DNA from: a virus
Lineage: Duplodnaviria > Caudoviricetes
Strand: one strand, 5' to 3'
DNA: 64,000 nt
IMG/VR virus record: IMGVR_UViG_3300021478_000453
Location: 1,449 to 65,448 of that record
Of the stretch, positions 44,691 through 53,356 are shown in pieces. The notes beneath the pieces are model-generated. The model searched no databases and was not told the DNA's origin. It saw nothing but the letters and a program-made list of their open reading frames with translations. The position numbers were made by a program, and so were the translations under genes. Within the stretch, counting starts at the first letter, position 1. Each line of letters opens with the position of its first letter.

Positions 44691-45803
44691 ATGAGCATGG
44701 AACAAGAACAGCCGCGGCGCCGGGTGCCGATGGTGCCGAGCCCGGGCAAGCAGCAGCCGATGCTGCGCCCGGGCGCAATCACCCCGGTTAAGGAAGAAGG
44801 GCGACACCCCCAGCTCTATGCGATTGGGCCGGTCGGCAACATCGGCAAGGCTATCGCTACTGTCATGCGTGATGTTGGGACCATTCCCAAGAACGGTTAC
44901 AACGCCTTTCACAAATACCATTACGTGAGGATGGAAGATTTGCTGCACGCCGTCACGCCGTTGATGGGTGCGGCCGGCATGGCGATCATCCAGAGTGAGG
45001 TAGACATCAAACAGGTCGAGAACCGCGTTGCTGTTACTTACGAGTTCACGATCGTGCACGAGAGCGGTGAGACCTGGCCGCCAGCGCGCCAGACCGGCAT
45101 GTCAAACGCTAGAGATTCCAAGGGAAACTGGGACGACAAGTGCCTCAACAAATGCCACACCAGCGCGAGGAAGTATTTCCTTTCGGCCTTGTTCCAGGTT
45201 CCTGCCGGCGATTTTGACGATGCCGACGAGACCCCTCCTGAGAAGGCCGACGCGAATCGACGTGTGCCAGGGCCAGTTCAAAAGGAGCGGCTTCAATCTG
45301 CACCAGGAACTCGTGAGAGTGTACCTGGGCAATCGACCAAACCCACTGAGGTGGTGGGGCCGCACAAGATAAACCTCGGTCCCGGTGCCGGCGCCGACCA
45401 ATGGGGCGGCGCGTACATACGCGCAATCGGCAAGGCGAAATCCAAGGACGAGATCATCGCGTGGGACCAGGCCAACGATGCCACGCTGCAGATGCTGAGC
45501 GAGCAATTCCCCAAGGTCTACGAGATGCTGACGACAGCGGTGCAGAGCCGGCTTGCTGAGCTGGCGCCCGCCGATGTGCCTAGCGGGATGCCCGATCCGA
45601 AGACCGATGCGCAAGAGGCAATGAACTGGGCGGCATCGCAGCTCGCGCAGTTCCGGGAATACAAGGCCGCCGAGATGTTCTGGAACGAGTTCGTGGCTCC
45701 GCACGAGGGTGAGTTCGACGAAGTGGATTGGTCGATGCTGCTAGAGGAGTGGAAGCGCACCGAGAACCGGCTGGCACAAGACGACACAGGAGGGCAAGCA
45801 TGA
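44691..45803 (+). CDS. ERF-family single-strand annealing protein
   Basis: IPKNGYNAFHKYHY..MEDL...HESGE...DK..NK..T.ARKYFL..LFQVP.GD.DDAD. Confidence 0.8.
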   Translation: MSMEQEQPRRRVPMVPSPGKQQPMLRPGAITPVKEEGRHPQLYAIGPVGNIGKAIATVMRDVGTIPKNGYNAFHKYHYVRMEDLLHAVTPLMGAAGMAIIQSEVDIKQVENRVAVTYEFTIVHESGETWPPARQTGMSNARDSKGNWDDKCLNKCHTSARKYFLSALFQVPAGDFDDADETPPEKADANRRVPGPVQKERLQSAPGTRESVPGQSTKPTEVVGPHKINLGPGAGADQWGGAYIRAIGKAKSKDEIIAWDQANDATLQMLSEQFPKVYEMLTTAVQSRLAELAPADVPSGMPDPKTDAQEAMNWAASQLAQFREYKAAEMFWNEFVAPHEGEFDEVDWSMLLEEWKRTENRLAQDDTGGQA

Positions 45804-46075
45804 CACCGCCGCTGCGGCAATCGCTACTCAACGAGCAGATCAGTTTGCAAGCGAGACGCATCGCGCACCAGGCGACGCACACATGCAAGGGCGATTCCGC
45901 GCCCAACGAAAGCGTGTACCACACGAAAAACTGCAACACTCTCAAGGAGCAGATCGAGAACCTCGGTCTACAAATCAAACTTGCAGCGACACAGCCGAAG
46001 CGCGAGGCGGACAAGCAGCCCGAGTACCCGGCTGATTTCCCGGCGCCCGGTGACCTCGGGAGCGTGCCGCTATGA
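45800..46075 (+). CDS. hypothetical protein
   Basis: ATGA coupling with ERF. Confidence 0.5.
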   Translation: MTPPLRQSLLNEQISLQARRIAHQATHTCKGDSAPNESVYHTKNCNTLKEQIENLGLQIKLAATQPKREADKQPEYPADFPAPGDLGSVPL

Positions 46076-46722
46076 CCAACTACAATCCAGCAATCAACAA
46101 GCTCGATATCCCCCGACGCATCCTGAAGCTCCCGATCGATGAGCGCGGCTACCCCGTCCCCAAGTTCATCAAATGGATCGACGGCAAGCCGGATTTCCGC
46201 GTTGCCGACCAGAAGTTTCTCCAGCGCGCGATGATGCAGCGGCTGTGCTGGCTGTGCGGCGAGCAACTCGGCCGACACATGGCGTTTGTCATTGGTCCGA
46301 TGTGCTGCATCAACCGGGTGAGTTCCGAGCCACCCTCGCACCTCGATTGCGCGACCTTCGCGGTGCGCGCCTGCCCGTTCCTGACGCAGCCAAAGCGGCG
46401 GCGCAACGACGAAGGGTTGCCGGAAGATCGCATCGACGCGCCAGGCATCCCGTTCAACCGCAATCCGGGTGTGTCGCTGATCTGGGTGACCGAGAGTTAC
46501 CAGCTCATGTCGGCCCACAACGGCACGCTATTCCGCCTCGGCGAGCCCAGCCTGCTCAAGTGGTACGCACACGGTCGCACCGCCACACATGAGGAGATCA
46601 TGGAGTCGATCGATGGCGGGCTGCCGTTGCTGCAGGCGGCGGCGCGGGCCGAGGGACCGGAGGCGCTGGCAGCGCTTAACCTGGCGGTCGCCCATGGCCT
46701 CGCCTTGGTGCCCGGGGCATGA
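46072..46722 (+). CDS. conserved Cys/His phage protein
   Basis: RGYPVP.F...PDFR...LCWLCG...EPPSH.DCA.FA..ACPFL. Confidence 0.7.
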   Translation: MTNYNPAINKLDIPRRILKLPIDERGYPVPKFIKWIDGKPDFRVADQKFLQRAMMQRLCWLCGEQLGRHMAFVIGPMCCINRVSSEPPSHLDCATFAVRACPFLTQPKRRRNDEGLPEDRIDAPGIPFNRNPGVSLIWVTESYQLMSAHNGTLFRLGEPSLLKWYAHGRTATHEEIMESIDGGLPLLQAAARAEGPEALAALNLAVAHGLALVPGA

Positions 46723-46943
46723 GCGAAAACTTGGACATGTGGACGGTCTACGATCATCCACGCGATTATCCCGACAAGTACGTCGCACGGCGCTGCACGG
46801 TCGGACGCGGTGGCCTGACGATGACAAACGATATGTTCGTTGCCGACACGATCAACGAGGTGCGTTCGCTGCTACCACTCGGGCTCTTCTGCCTACCGCG
46901 CGATCCGAAGGACGACCCCTGCATTGTGGAAGTGTGGTTGTGA
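46719..46943 (+). CDS. conserved hypothetical protein
   Basis: WTVYDHP.DYP..YVARR...DDP.IVEVW. Confidence 0.65.
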   Translation: MSENLDMWTVYDHPRDYPDKYVARRCTVGRGGLTMTNDMFVADTINEVRSLLPLGLFCLPRDPKDDPCIVEVWL

Positions 46944-47398
46944 CCATCGAGACCGTCCTGATGAAGCGCCGCGCGCTCTACGCCGGCGAGATCGGTTTCT
47001 TCCCGACGAGCCCCGGTGCACAGGAAGACGTCGCGCTGGCCAAGATGGACAGCGAGGTGGTGTGCAGCTTCTATTCGCCTAGGAACCTGGAAGCACTCAA
47101 GTTTCTCTGGGCTCTCGTGCACAAGGTTGCAGACAACACCGACCGCTACCTGGACAAGGACGAGGCGATGGAGGACCTCAAACTTCGCGCCGGCTTCACC
47201 AAGGTGGTCTACAATAGCCAGCAGAAGGAGCTGGAACTCCGCCCCAAATCCCTCAAGCGGGTGGGCAATGAGCAGCTCCGCGCCCTGACGGACAAGGTTA
47301 TCGGCATTATCTGCGGTGAGATCCTCCCGGGCATGGACCGCAACGTGCTGCGCCGCGAGATCGAGGAGATGACCAGTGACCAAGGCCGAGCGCGCTAG
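46940..47398 (+). CDS. DUF1367/NinB-like protein
   Basis: PRN...KF.WAL...LKLRAG...PKSL. Confidence 0.55.
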   Translation: MTIETVLMKRRALYAGEIGFFPTSPGAQEDVALAKMDSEVVCSFYSPRNLEALKFLWALVHKVADNTDRYLDKDEAMEDLKLRAGFTKVVYNSQQKELELRPKSLKRVGNEQLRALTDKVIGIICGEILPGMDRNVLRREIEEMTSDQGRAR

Positions 47399-47627
47399 GC
47401 TGCGCAAGGACATTGGTATGGCTGTGCTCGATATCCAGAACCGCAATCGCGATCGCTTCTCTCCCGAGATACTGGTCCCCGAGATCGTCGCGACGCTTGT
47501 TTCCCTGTCAGCCTTCTTCGCGCACCAGGGCGGCGGCCTCGACCGCGGGCAATTCGAGGAGCTGTGCGAGGAAGTGGTGGATGACGAGTGGCGATTCAGC
47601 TATGATGTGAGCGCGTCCCCCGGATGA
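47376..47627 (+). CDS. hypothetical protein
   Basis: 83 aa, last gene of the + operon. Confidence 0.5.
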   Translation: MTKAERARLRKDIGMAVLDIQNRNRDRFSPEILVPEIVATLVSLSAFFAHQGGGLDRGQFEELCEEVVDDEWRFSYDVSASPG

Positions 47628-47960
47628 CGATCCCAGCCCCCCTGATGTCTTCGCCGGTCGATCCCCCCGATCGAGGGGACCAACCCTCCCCCGGGACGCA
47701 CATTTCCTCTTACGGCACCGTCCCGTAGCCGCTCGGCTCCGGCTTATCGTCCCAGCCACTGCGGAAGCAGCTATAGAGGCTGAGCGCAGCCAGCCCGAGA
47801 ATAAACCCGATCAATACCCCCACGGCACGGCGCTTGTTAGCTGGCTTCACGGCAATGCTCCCCTGAAAGAGCAGGGAGGGAGCGCCCAGGAGCTAACTCC
47901 CTCCCCTCTACCTTCTGCACCTAGGACGCAGAAGAAGCCGTGTGCTTCTTCAGCTCCCCC

Positions 47961-48548
47961 TTACTTCTTCGATGGCGTCGGCACGCCGGGATGCTCCGCC
48001 GACGGTACGATCGCCACCATCCAGCCGGTCTGTTCCGACCAAGCCGTCTTCACGTCCCAGTTTTCCAAGATTTCAGGCTTTTGATCCGGCGGGCTGCCGG
48101 GCGGCGGCAGCACAATCGGATGAGTGGGCACGCCCGGCACTCCACTGCTTGGCGGAATGTAGATGGGATGCTCGGGCTTCAGCCCTGGAATAGTTCCCGG
48201 CGGCAGATAGATCGGTGGCGTCGGCATCGGCACGTTACCGCCGCCCCAGATGCCCGGAGGGCGTCCACCAGGCGCGATGGGATGCGACACCCAAGGCGGC
48301 GCGACACCGCCCCAATAGCCCGGAGGTGGACCACCGGGCGCGATCGGATGCGATGGGTGCGGCGGTGCAACCCCACCCCAGTAACCGGGAGGAGGACCAC
48401 CGGGCGCGATCGGATGCGTCGGCCACGGAGGCGCGACGCCGCCCCAATAGCCGGGCGGGGCGCCTGGCGACGGGGGCACCCACGGATGCGTCGGCGTGCC
48501 TCCGCCGCCGCCATCGAGAACAGTTATCAACGCAAGATATGTCGTCAT
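47961..48548 (-). CDS. Pro/Gly/Trp/His repeat protein
   Basis: 22-aa repeat PPGYWGGVAPPxP(T/S)HPIAPGG, about 3.5 copies. Confidence 0.7.
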   Translation of the reverse strand: MTTYLALITVLDGGGGGTPTHPWVPPSPGAPPGYWGGVAPPWPTHPIAPGGPPPGYWGGVAPPHPSHPIAPGGPPPGYWGGVAPPWVSHPIAPGGRPPGIWGGGNVPMPTPPIYLPPGTIPGLKPEHPIYIPPSSGVPGVPTHPIVLPPPGSPPDQKPEILENWDVKTAWSEQTGWMVAIVPSAEHPGVPTPSKK

Positions 48549-48598
48549 GATCGTCTCCTAGGCTTGTGCCAGGCAGGCCCGGCTGGCGCGGGTATTCG

Positions 48599-50575
48599 TC
48601 ATTTGCTCACCAAGGTCCACGCCGCTCCATTCCAGGTGACGTAGCCTTTGGTGTTGCCGCCGCCGCCCGTGACGTTCGCTCCGATGACCGACGTGTTGGC
48701 GTCCACGATGTAGTAAAGCTCGCTGCTGACGGGGGGTTTAGGATTGGCGCTGACACCAGGCAACATATTGTAGGTCAGACCAAGATCAGCCCATGACGGC
48801 TGCGAATTGAAGATCCTGATGCCTGCCGCATTGTTAGAGGCGGTCGCCACGCGACCGAGCGACGAATTAAGAAGCAGCAAGTTGGTGATGCTGTTGTAGG
48901 CGCTGCTCAGATCAAGGCTAACCCCGTTGATGGATGACGTCGAACAGCTTGTGTTTGTTATCGTGACATTTTGCGCGGATCCCCAAGGACCCCCAAGGAT
49001 ACAGGTCTGCTGAATCGGAGCAATGGTCGCATAGCCGTTAACCCATGCACCGGGATCGCCGCCGGTGCCTGTGACGGTGACGGTCCTTCCGTTCCAATTG
49101 CAAGTGATGTGATAGCCCTTGGCATAGGCGGGATTGGAGAACCCGTCCATGCTGCAATCGTTGTTGCCTTGCGTGTATCCCGGCGAGGGGTAATTCAGCG
49201 TGTAGGTGATCGTGCCGCCGTTGGCGGACGTCCACGACGCAGTATCGACCTGAATGCCCACGCCAAGCGTTCCGGTCAAAACCCCGTTGTTGATTGACGT
49301 GAACGTCGCCTGCACGATGTTCACGCTGATGTTGTCGCGCTCCGTCTGGAAGGAATTGATCGTAACTCCAGCGCTCTGGAGCCCGTTGAAGTAAGCGGCC
49401 ATCCGTTGCGCGGCAACGTTCTGCGCGGTGTTGACCGTGTAGGTGCCTTCCTTGCCTGCATCGCCCCGCGCATTGGTGTTGGTCAATTGTCCGGTGATTT
49501 GCGTGCCATCGGCGCAGGGCTGATTGAACGGACATCCGAGCCACCAATTGCTCTGCCCCCACCAGTTCAGACGATGGCCGACGTGCCACTGGCTGATGGT
49601 GAGCGTGGTGCCGCTGATGCTGCCGGTGAAGATCGCCGGGCGGTCGTAACCGATAATCAAGCCGGTGTTCGTTGTCTCGACGCCGACGCTGTTGATCGTC
49701 CCGCCCGGGCCGTTGAGGCTGATGCCGATGTCGTAGCCGCCGATCTTGAGGTTCGAGAGCCCCACCTGTGACGCATAGACCGCCACGTTCATCGGATAGC
49801 CGGAATGCGTGACCGAATTGAAATCGCAACGGCTGATCTCGGCCGTGAAAAGGTTCCACTGCGCGTCGATCCCGGTCATCCCGTTTATGCTGCAATCGCG
49901 GATGTAGCTGCCGGGATTCATGTTGTCGAAAAGAATCGCCCCGGACGCCCAATCGAGCGAGAAGTTCTTGACAGCGAGATTCTCGATTCCGGCGGTGATG
50001 CAGCAACTATAATCATCGTCGCTGTGAGCGAGAATGAAGCCGGGGAAACTGCCCTGCAACACGGCGTTCACCCTGCTTCCTCCGATGATACGCACGCCGT
50101 TGCAGAGGTAGACGGTCGCTCCGATCTTGTAGATGCCCCCTGGAATGAAGACCGGATTGCCGTCGGCGCACGAAGCATTGACCGCAGCCTGAACGGCGTC
50201 GTGATCATCCGTAATGTTATTGCCGACAGCGTTGTACGGAGATTGCCTGACGTTATGGACCGCCATGCCGCCGCCGCCCGTGCCAGTACCGGGAGGTCCC
50301 TGCGGCCCCGCTGGTCCCGCTGGTCCCGGCGGTCCTGTAGCGCCGGCTGGCCCAGGCGGCCCCGCCGGTCCTTGCGACCCCGTACCCGAACCCGCTGGTC
50401 CTTGCGGTCCCGCTGGCCCTACATCGCCCTTCGCTCCTTGCGGTCCCGCTGGACCTATAACGCCTTGCGGGCCTACTGGTCCCTGCGGCCCAGGCGCTAC
50501 AACCTGAGCCCACGCAAACTGCAACGAGAGGGCTAGAACGAAAACGACAAAGATCATTCGTGCCCCATTTGTCAT
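48599..50575 (-). CDS. signal peptide + collagen + pectate-lyase-like beta-helix protein
   Basis: [17 protein letters not shown]; G-X-Y tract; [18 protein letters not shown]...VFIPGGIY. Confidence 0.8.
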   Translation of the reverse strand: MTNGARMIFVVFVLALSLQFAWAQVVAPGPQGPVGPQGVIGPAGPQGAKGDVGPAGPQGPAGSGTGSQGPAGPPGPAGATGPPGPAGPAGPQGPPGTGTGGGGMAVHNVRQSPYNAVGNNITDDHDAVQAAVNASCADGNPVFIPGGIYKIGATVYLCNGVRIIGGSRVNAVLQGSFPGFILAHSDDDYSCCITAGIENLAVKNFSLDWASGAILFDNMNPGSYIRDCSINGMTGIDAQWNLFTAEISRCDFNSVTHSGYPMNVAVYASQVGLSNLKIGGYDIGISLNGPGGTINSVGVETTNTGLIIGYDRPAIFTGSISGTTLTISQWHVGHRLNWWGQSNWWLGCPFNQPCADGTQITGQLTNTNARGDAGKEGTYTVNTAQNVAAQRMAAYFNGLQSAGVTINSFQTERDNISVNIVQATFTSINNGVLTGTLGVGIQVDTASWTSANGGTITYTLNYPSPGYTQGNNDCSMDGFSNPAYAKGYHITCNWNGRTVTVTGTGGDPGAWVNGYATIAPIQQTCILGGPWGSAQNVTITNTSCSTSSINGVSLDLSSAYNSITNLLLLNSSLGRVATASNNAAGIRIFNSQPSWADLGLTYNMLPGVSANPKPPVSSELYYIVDANTSVIGANVTGGGGNTKGYVTWNGAAWTLVSK

Positions 50576-50961
50576 GGCTTCTTCTCCTGCCACCGTGGAA
50601 GCTGCTCTCGCTTTTCAATTGATTCCATACTCCGAATGTACGCGTCTCTGGCATTGCGCGCGCCTGTCAGTGCCTTCGGCGGAATCCTAGGCTCATAATT
50701 ATCCGTCACCCAAACGCTGTAGAGAGCCATTATGTGCTTCTTGAACGCCTCATCGAGCGCCTGTCTTTCCAACGCATCGATGTGATCATCCCATTTCGAC
50801 GGCACCCACGTTGGATTACTCTGTTGAGTCTGCGCCGCCCCGGCCTGTTCCCAGCCACCGGAAAGCCAGCCGATCAGTGCCAGGATAAACAGCACGAGGA
50901 CGATGATCAGGAACGCCAGGATGGCACGATGCAGCAGCGGAACCTGGTCAGGCGGTTTCAT
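50572..50961 (-). CDS. membrane-anchored protein (spanin-like position)
   Basis: N-terminal TM helix, located in the lysis cassette. Confidence 0.5.
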   Translation of the reverse strand: MKPPDQVPLLHRAILAFLIIVLVLFILALIGWLSGGWEQAGAAQTQQSNPTWVPSKWDDHIDALERQALDEAFKKHIMALYSVWVTDNYEPRIPPKALTGARNARDAYIRSMESIEKREQLPRWQEKKP

Positions 50962-51091
50962 TTTGCTGAACCCGCCGCTGCCGAATCTTCTCTGCCATGC
51001 GGACAACAACGGCACGCAACGCTACCTCGGCGCGATCACCAGTTTTCATCGCGGAATCAATCGCGAGGATGAACTCCTCGAACTCGCTCAT
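50948..51091 (-). CDS. hypothetical protein
   Basis: 47 aa, coupled to neighbours. Confidence 0.4.
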   Translation of the reverse strand: MSEFEEFILAIDSAMKTGDRAEVALRAVVVRMAEKIRQRRVQQNETA

Positions 51092-51309
51092 TGTTTGCTT
51101 GGACAAAAAGCCATCGCCTTCTCGACCATCTGCTCCCAGATTTTCTGATTGTCGGTGAAGCGATCGGCTTGTTTGATCTGCAGCCACGTCGTCATGCCGA
51201 TGTAGAAGAGATTGAACAGCACGAGCGCCAGCACCAATGGCGTTGACGCCAGCGACGAGATCAGCGTGCGTGCTGTCGAGCCTGCTTCCTCGGTCACGCC
51301 AGGATTCAT
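51088..51309 (-). CDS. holin-like membrane protein
   Basis: Single TM (PLVLALVLFNLFYIG) directly after the endolysin. Confidence 0.55.
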   Translation of the reverse strand: MNPGVTEEAGSTARTLISSLASTPLVLALVLFNLFYIGMTTWLQIKQADRFTDNQKIWEQMVEKAMAFCPSKQ

Positions 51310-53009
51310 CAGCTCACTACCGCGGTCTCGCTCAAGATGTCATCGACGGTGGTGAAGAGATCGTTGGCTTCCTGGGTAAGCTCAAGCTCCTTGCGGTTGA
51401 TCGGCCCCCAGTGTTGGCGGACATTGCGGACGCCAACAGCGGCGCTCTCGACCGCAAACGCCGGGCACTCCTTCGACAACGCCTGGAAATCATGGCCTCG
51501 GCCGCTACCGATGTTCTCCCAATCGGTCGAGCCGCATTGGACCTCACGTTGAAATGCTCTGAGCTGGCATTGCGGCGGCGAGGGGCCGTCGCCGAGGCCG
51601 GGAAGGTACTGATCGAGCAGCTCGTCGGCGTCGGTGGCGCAGACGTGGTAGTTGTACGAGGTCTGGAACAAGCCCGCCTCGCAGGTGTCGCTGGTCTGGC
51701 TCGAGGAGCCGGCCGAGGTATCCCGCCCGCAGCAATACTCTCCTGAGCTTTCCCGAATACCAAGGCCCAGTAACAGGACGAAGACGTGCCGCAGCGTGCG
51801 CCGGCCCGGCTTGCTGTTGTCCATGCCAAGCTTCTGGAACTCAGGACGAAACCAGGCCAGCGCATCTTTCTCGGTGTTGCCGGTATCGGCCTTGGCCATC
51901 TCGGCGGCGTTGAGATCGCCGGCCTCGTACTTGCGCACGCAGGTGGCGTAGGCAAGCGCAATGCCCTGAATGTAGCCCAGAGGTGCCTCGCCTCTGTCGT
52001 CCCCCCATAGGAACGAGGCGGCGTCGCTACTGGCGGCGGCGTCCTCGATCTGCTGCACGGTCTCGGCGTCCAGCGGCGCCAGGAACGGCGTCGGGTAAGG
52101 CGGCAGGTCGAACTCCGCATCCAGCCTGGCCCACGTCGCCGGGCCGACCACGCCATCGGCATCGAGCAGCTGCTTGCGCTGGAAAGCCTCTACCGCCGTT
52201 GCGGTTTGGTTTCCGAAATCACCGTCAACCGGGGCGATCTCGAGCGCATCCTGCAGCACGCGCACCAGCGAGCCGTAATCGCCTTCCTCGATGGTCGGCC
52301 GGGTGATCGCGTCGGGCTCCGGCGTCGGCGTCGGCGGTGGCTCCGGCGGAACTGGCTGCGCTCCAGCTCCGCTCCAGGTGCTACGCAGTTCCTCGTCGCC
52401 TTCGGTGTAGCTGTTGGTGTCCACGTCACCGGACACGCCGGGACAACCATGCGGCGAGGGCCCGACGTTGCCGTCGGAATACTGCCATAACCAGCAATCA
52501 TCCCACGAAGCTTGCACCTTGATGTTGCTCGAAGAGTATTGCGCTAGCCAGAGACGATGCAGGCCGAAGAAGGGGTCCTGGCGGTTGCCGAGCTTCTGCT
52601 TCGCGGTGTTGCCGGAATAGACCACGCAGCGGCCCTGCCCGATGCGCTGGCCGATCAGCTCGAGGAACTGCTTCGCCTGGTCGGCCGACATCGTGTTGCC
52701 GTTGGGATCGTCCTCCCAATCAAGTGCATAGAGCGTGGCGTCATCGATGCCGACGACCTCAAGGAAGTGATCGACCTGCGCTTGCACGTTCGATCCGTTG
52801 GCAAAATGGTAGGCACCCCACACGAGGCCGGCCGCGAGCGCTCCGCCGCGCCGCTTGGCGTACTGGTCATCGACGTAGCTGGTGCCCTCGGTCGCCTTGT
52901 GGATGATGCCGACGATGCCGGCGCCCACGATCTGTGACCATGATGTGACGTCGTTGTGATGTGAGATGTCGAGAACCTTGCGGACAATTTTTGCCACATC
53001 CATCCTCAT
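51309..53009 (-). CDS. endolysin: GH25 muramidase + PG-binding domain + lysozyme/SLT-like C-terminal domain
   Basis: DISHHN, HKATEG, GAYHF, LDWED, LWQYSD; DGDFG..T..AV..FQ...L.ADGVVGPATW; RESSG...AGLFQ. Confidence 0.85.
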   Translation of the reverse strand: MRMDVAKIVRKVLDISHHNDVTSWSQIVGAGIVGIIHKATEGTSYVDDQYAKRRGGALAAGLVWGAYHFANGSNVQAQVDHFLEVVGIDDATLYALDWEDDPNGNTMSADQAKQFLELIGQRIGQGRCVVYSGNTAKQKLGNRQDPFFGLHRLWLAQYSSSNIKVQASWDDCWLWQYSDGNVGPSPHGCPGVSGDVDTNSYTEGDEELRSTWSGAGAQPVPPEPPPTPTPEPDAITRPTIEEGDYGSLVRVLQDALEIAPVDGDFGNQTATAVEAFQRKQLLDADGVVGPATWARLDAEFDLPPYPTPFLAPLDAETVQQIEDAAASSDAASFLWGDDRGEAPLGYIQGIALAYATCVRKYEAGDLNAAEMAKADTGNTEKDALAWFRPEFQKLGMDNSKPGRRTLRHVFVLLLGLGIRESSGEYCCGRDTSAGSSSQTSDTCEAGLFQTSYNYHVCATDADELLDQYLPGLGDGPSPPQCQLRAFQREVQCGSTDWENIGSGRGHDFQALSKECPAFAVESAAVGVRNVRQHWGPINRKELELTQEANDLFTTVDDILSETAVVS

Positions 53010-53180
53010 TTGCGGCTCGAATCAGGGCTACATGCTAACACGTAGGGGCGCCGGCGAGTGGTTCCGCGCCGGCGCCCCGTCTCTGTGCAGGCGTCAGTTT
53101 TCCCGCGTAAACGGGAGGGATGGGGTCCTTCTGTTATCGCCGGCGGGCGCGGCCGGCGCGCGGTCCTCTTTGCACGGGCC

Positions 53181-53345
53181 TTAGTGGAAAACCCTTCCCA
53201 ATCCTCCGAGCAGCTCGCTGGCAATCCAGAAGGCGACGGCCAGCCAGCCGAAATGCCAGCGCGGCGCAAGCTGCGTCACGAAGCATGCAGCGATACAGGC
53301 GAACACGAAGGCGAACACCAGCAGGATAAGCCCGATATTTTGCAT
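53181..53345 (-). CDS. small 2-TM membrane protein (54 aa)
   Basis: Manual translation MQNIGLILLVFAFVFACIAACF...WHFGWLAVAFWIASELLG; RBS GGAGG. Confidence 0.6.
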   Translation of the reverse strand: MQNIGLILLVFAFVFACIAACFVTQLAPRWHFGWLAVAFWIASELLGGLGRVFH

Positions 53346-53356
53346 TGAAAGCCTCC

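Noticed and set aside
48230-48480. 66-bp periodic repeats as a possible CRISPR or DGR element
   Set aside because: In-frame protein repeats with synonymous variation; no cas or reverse transcriptase gene in the window.
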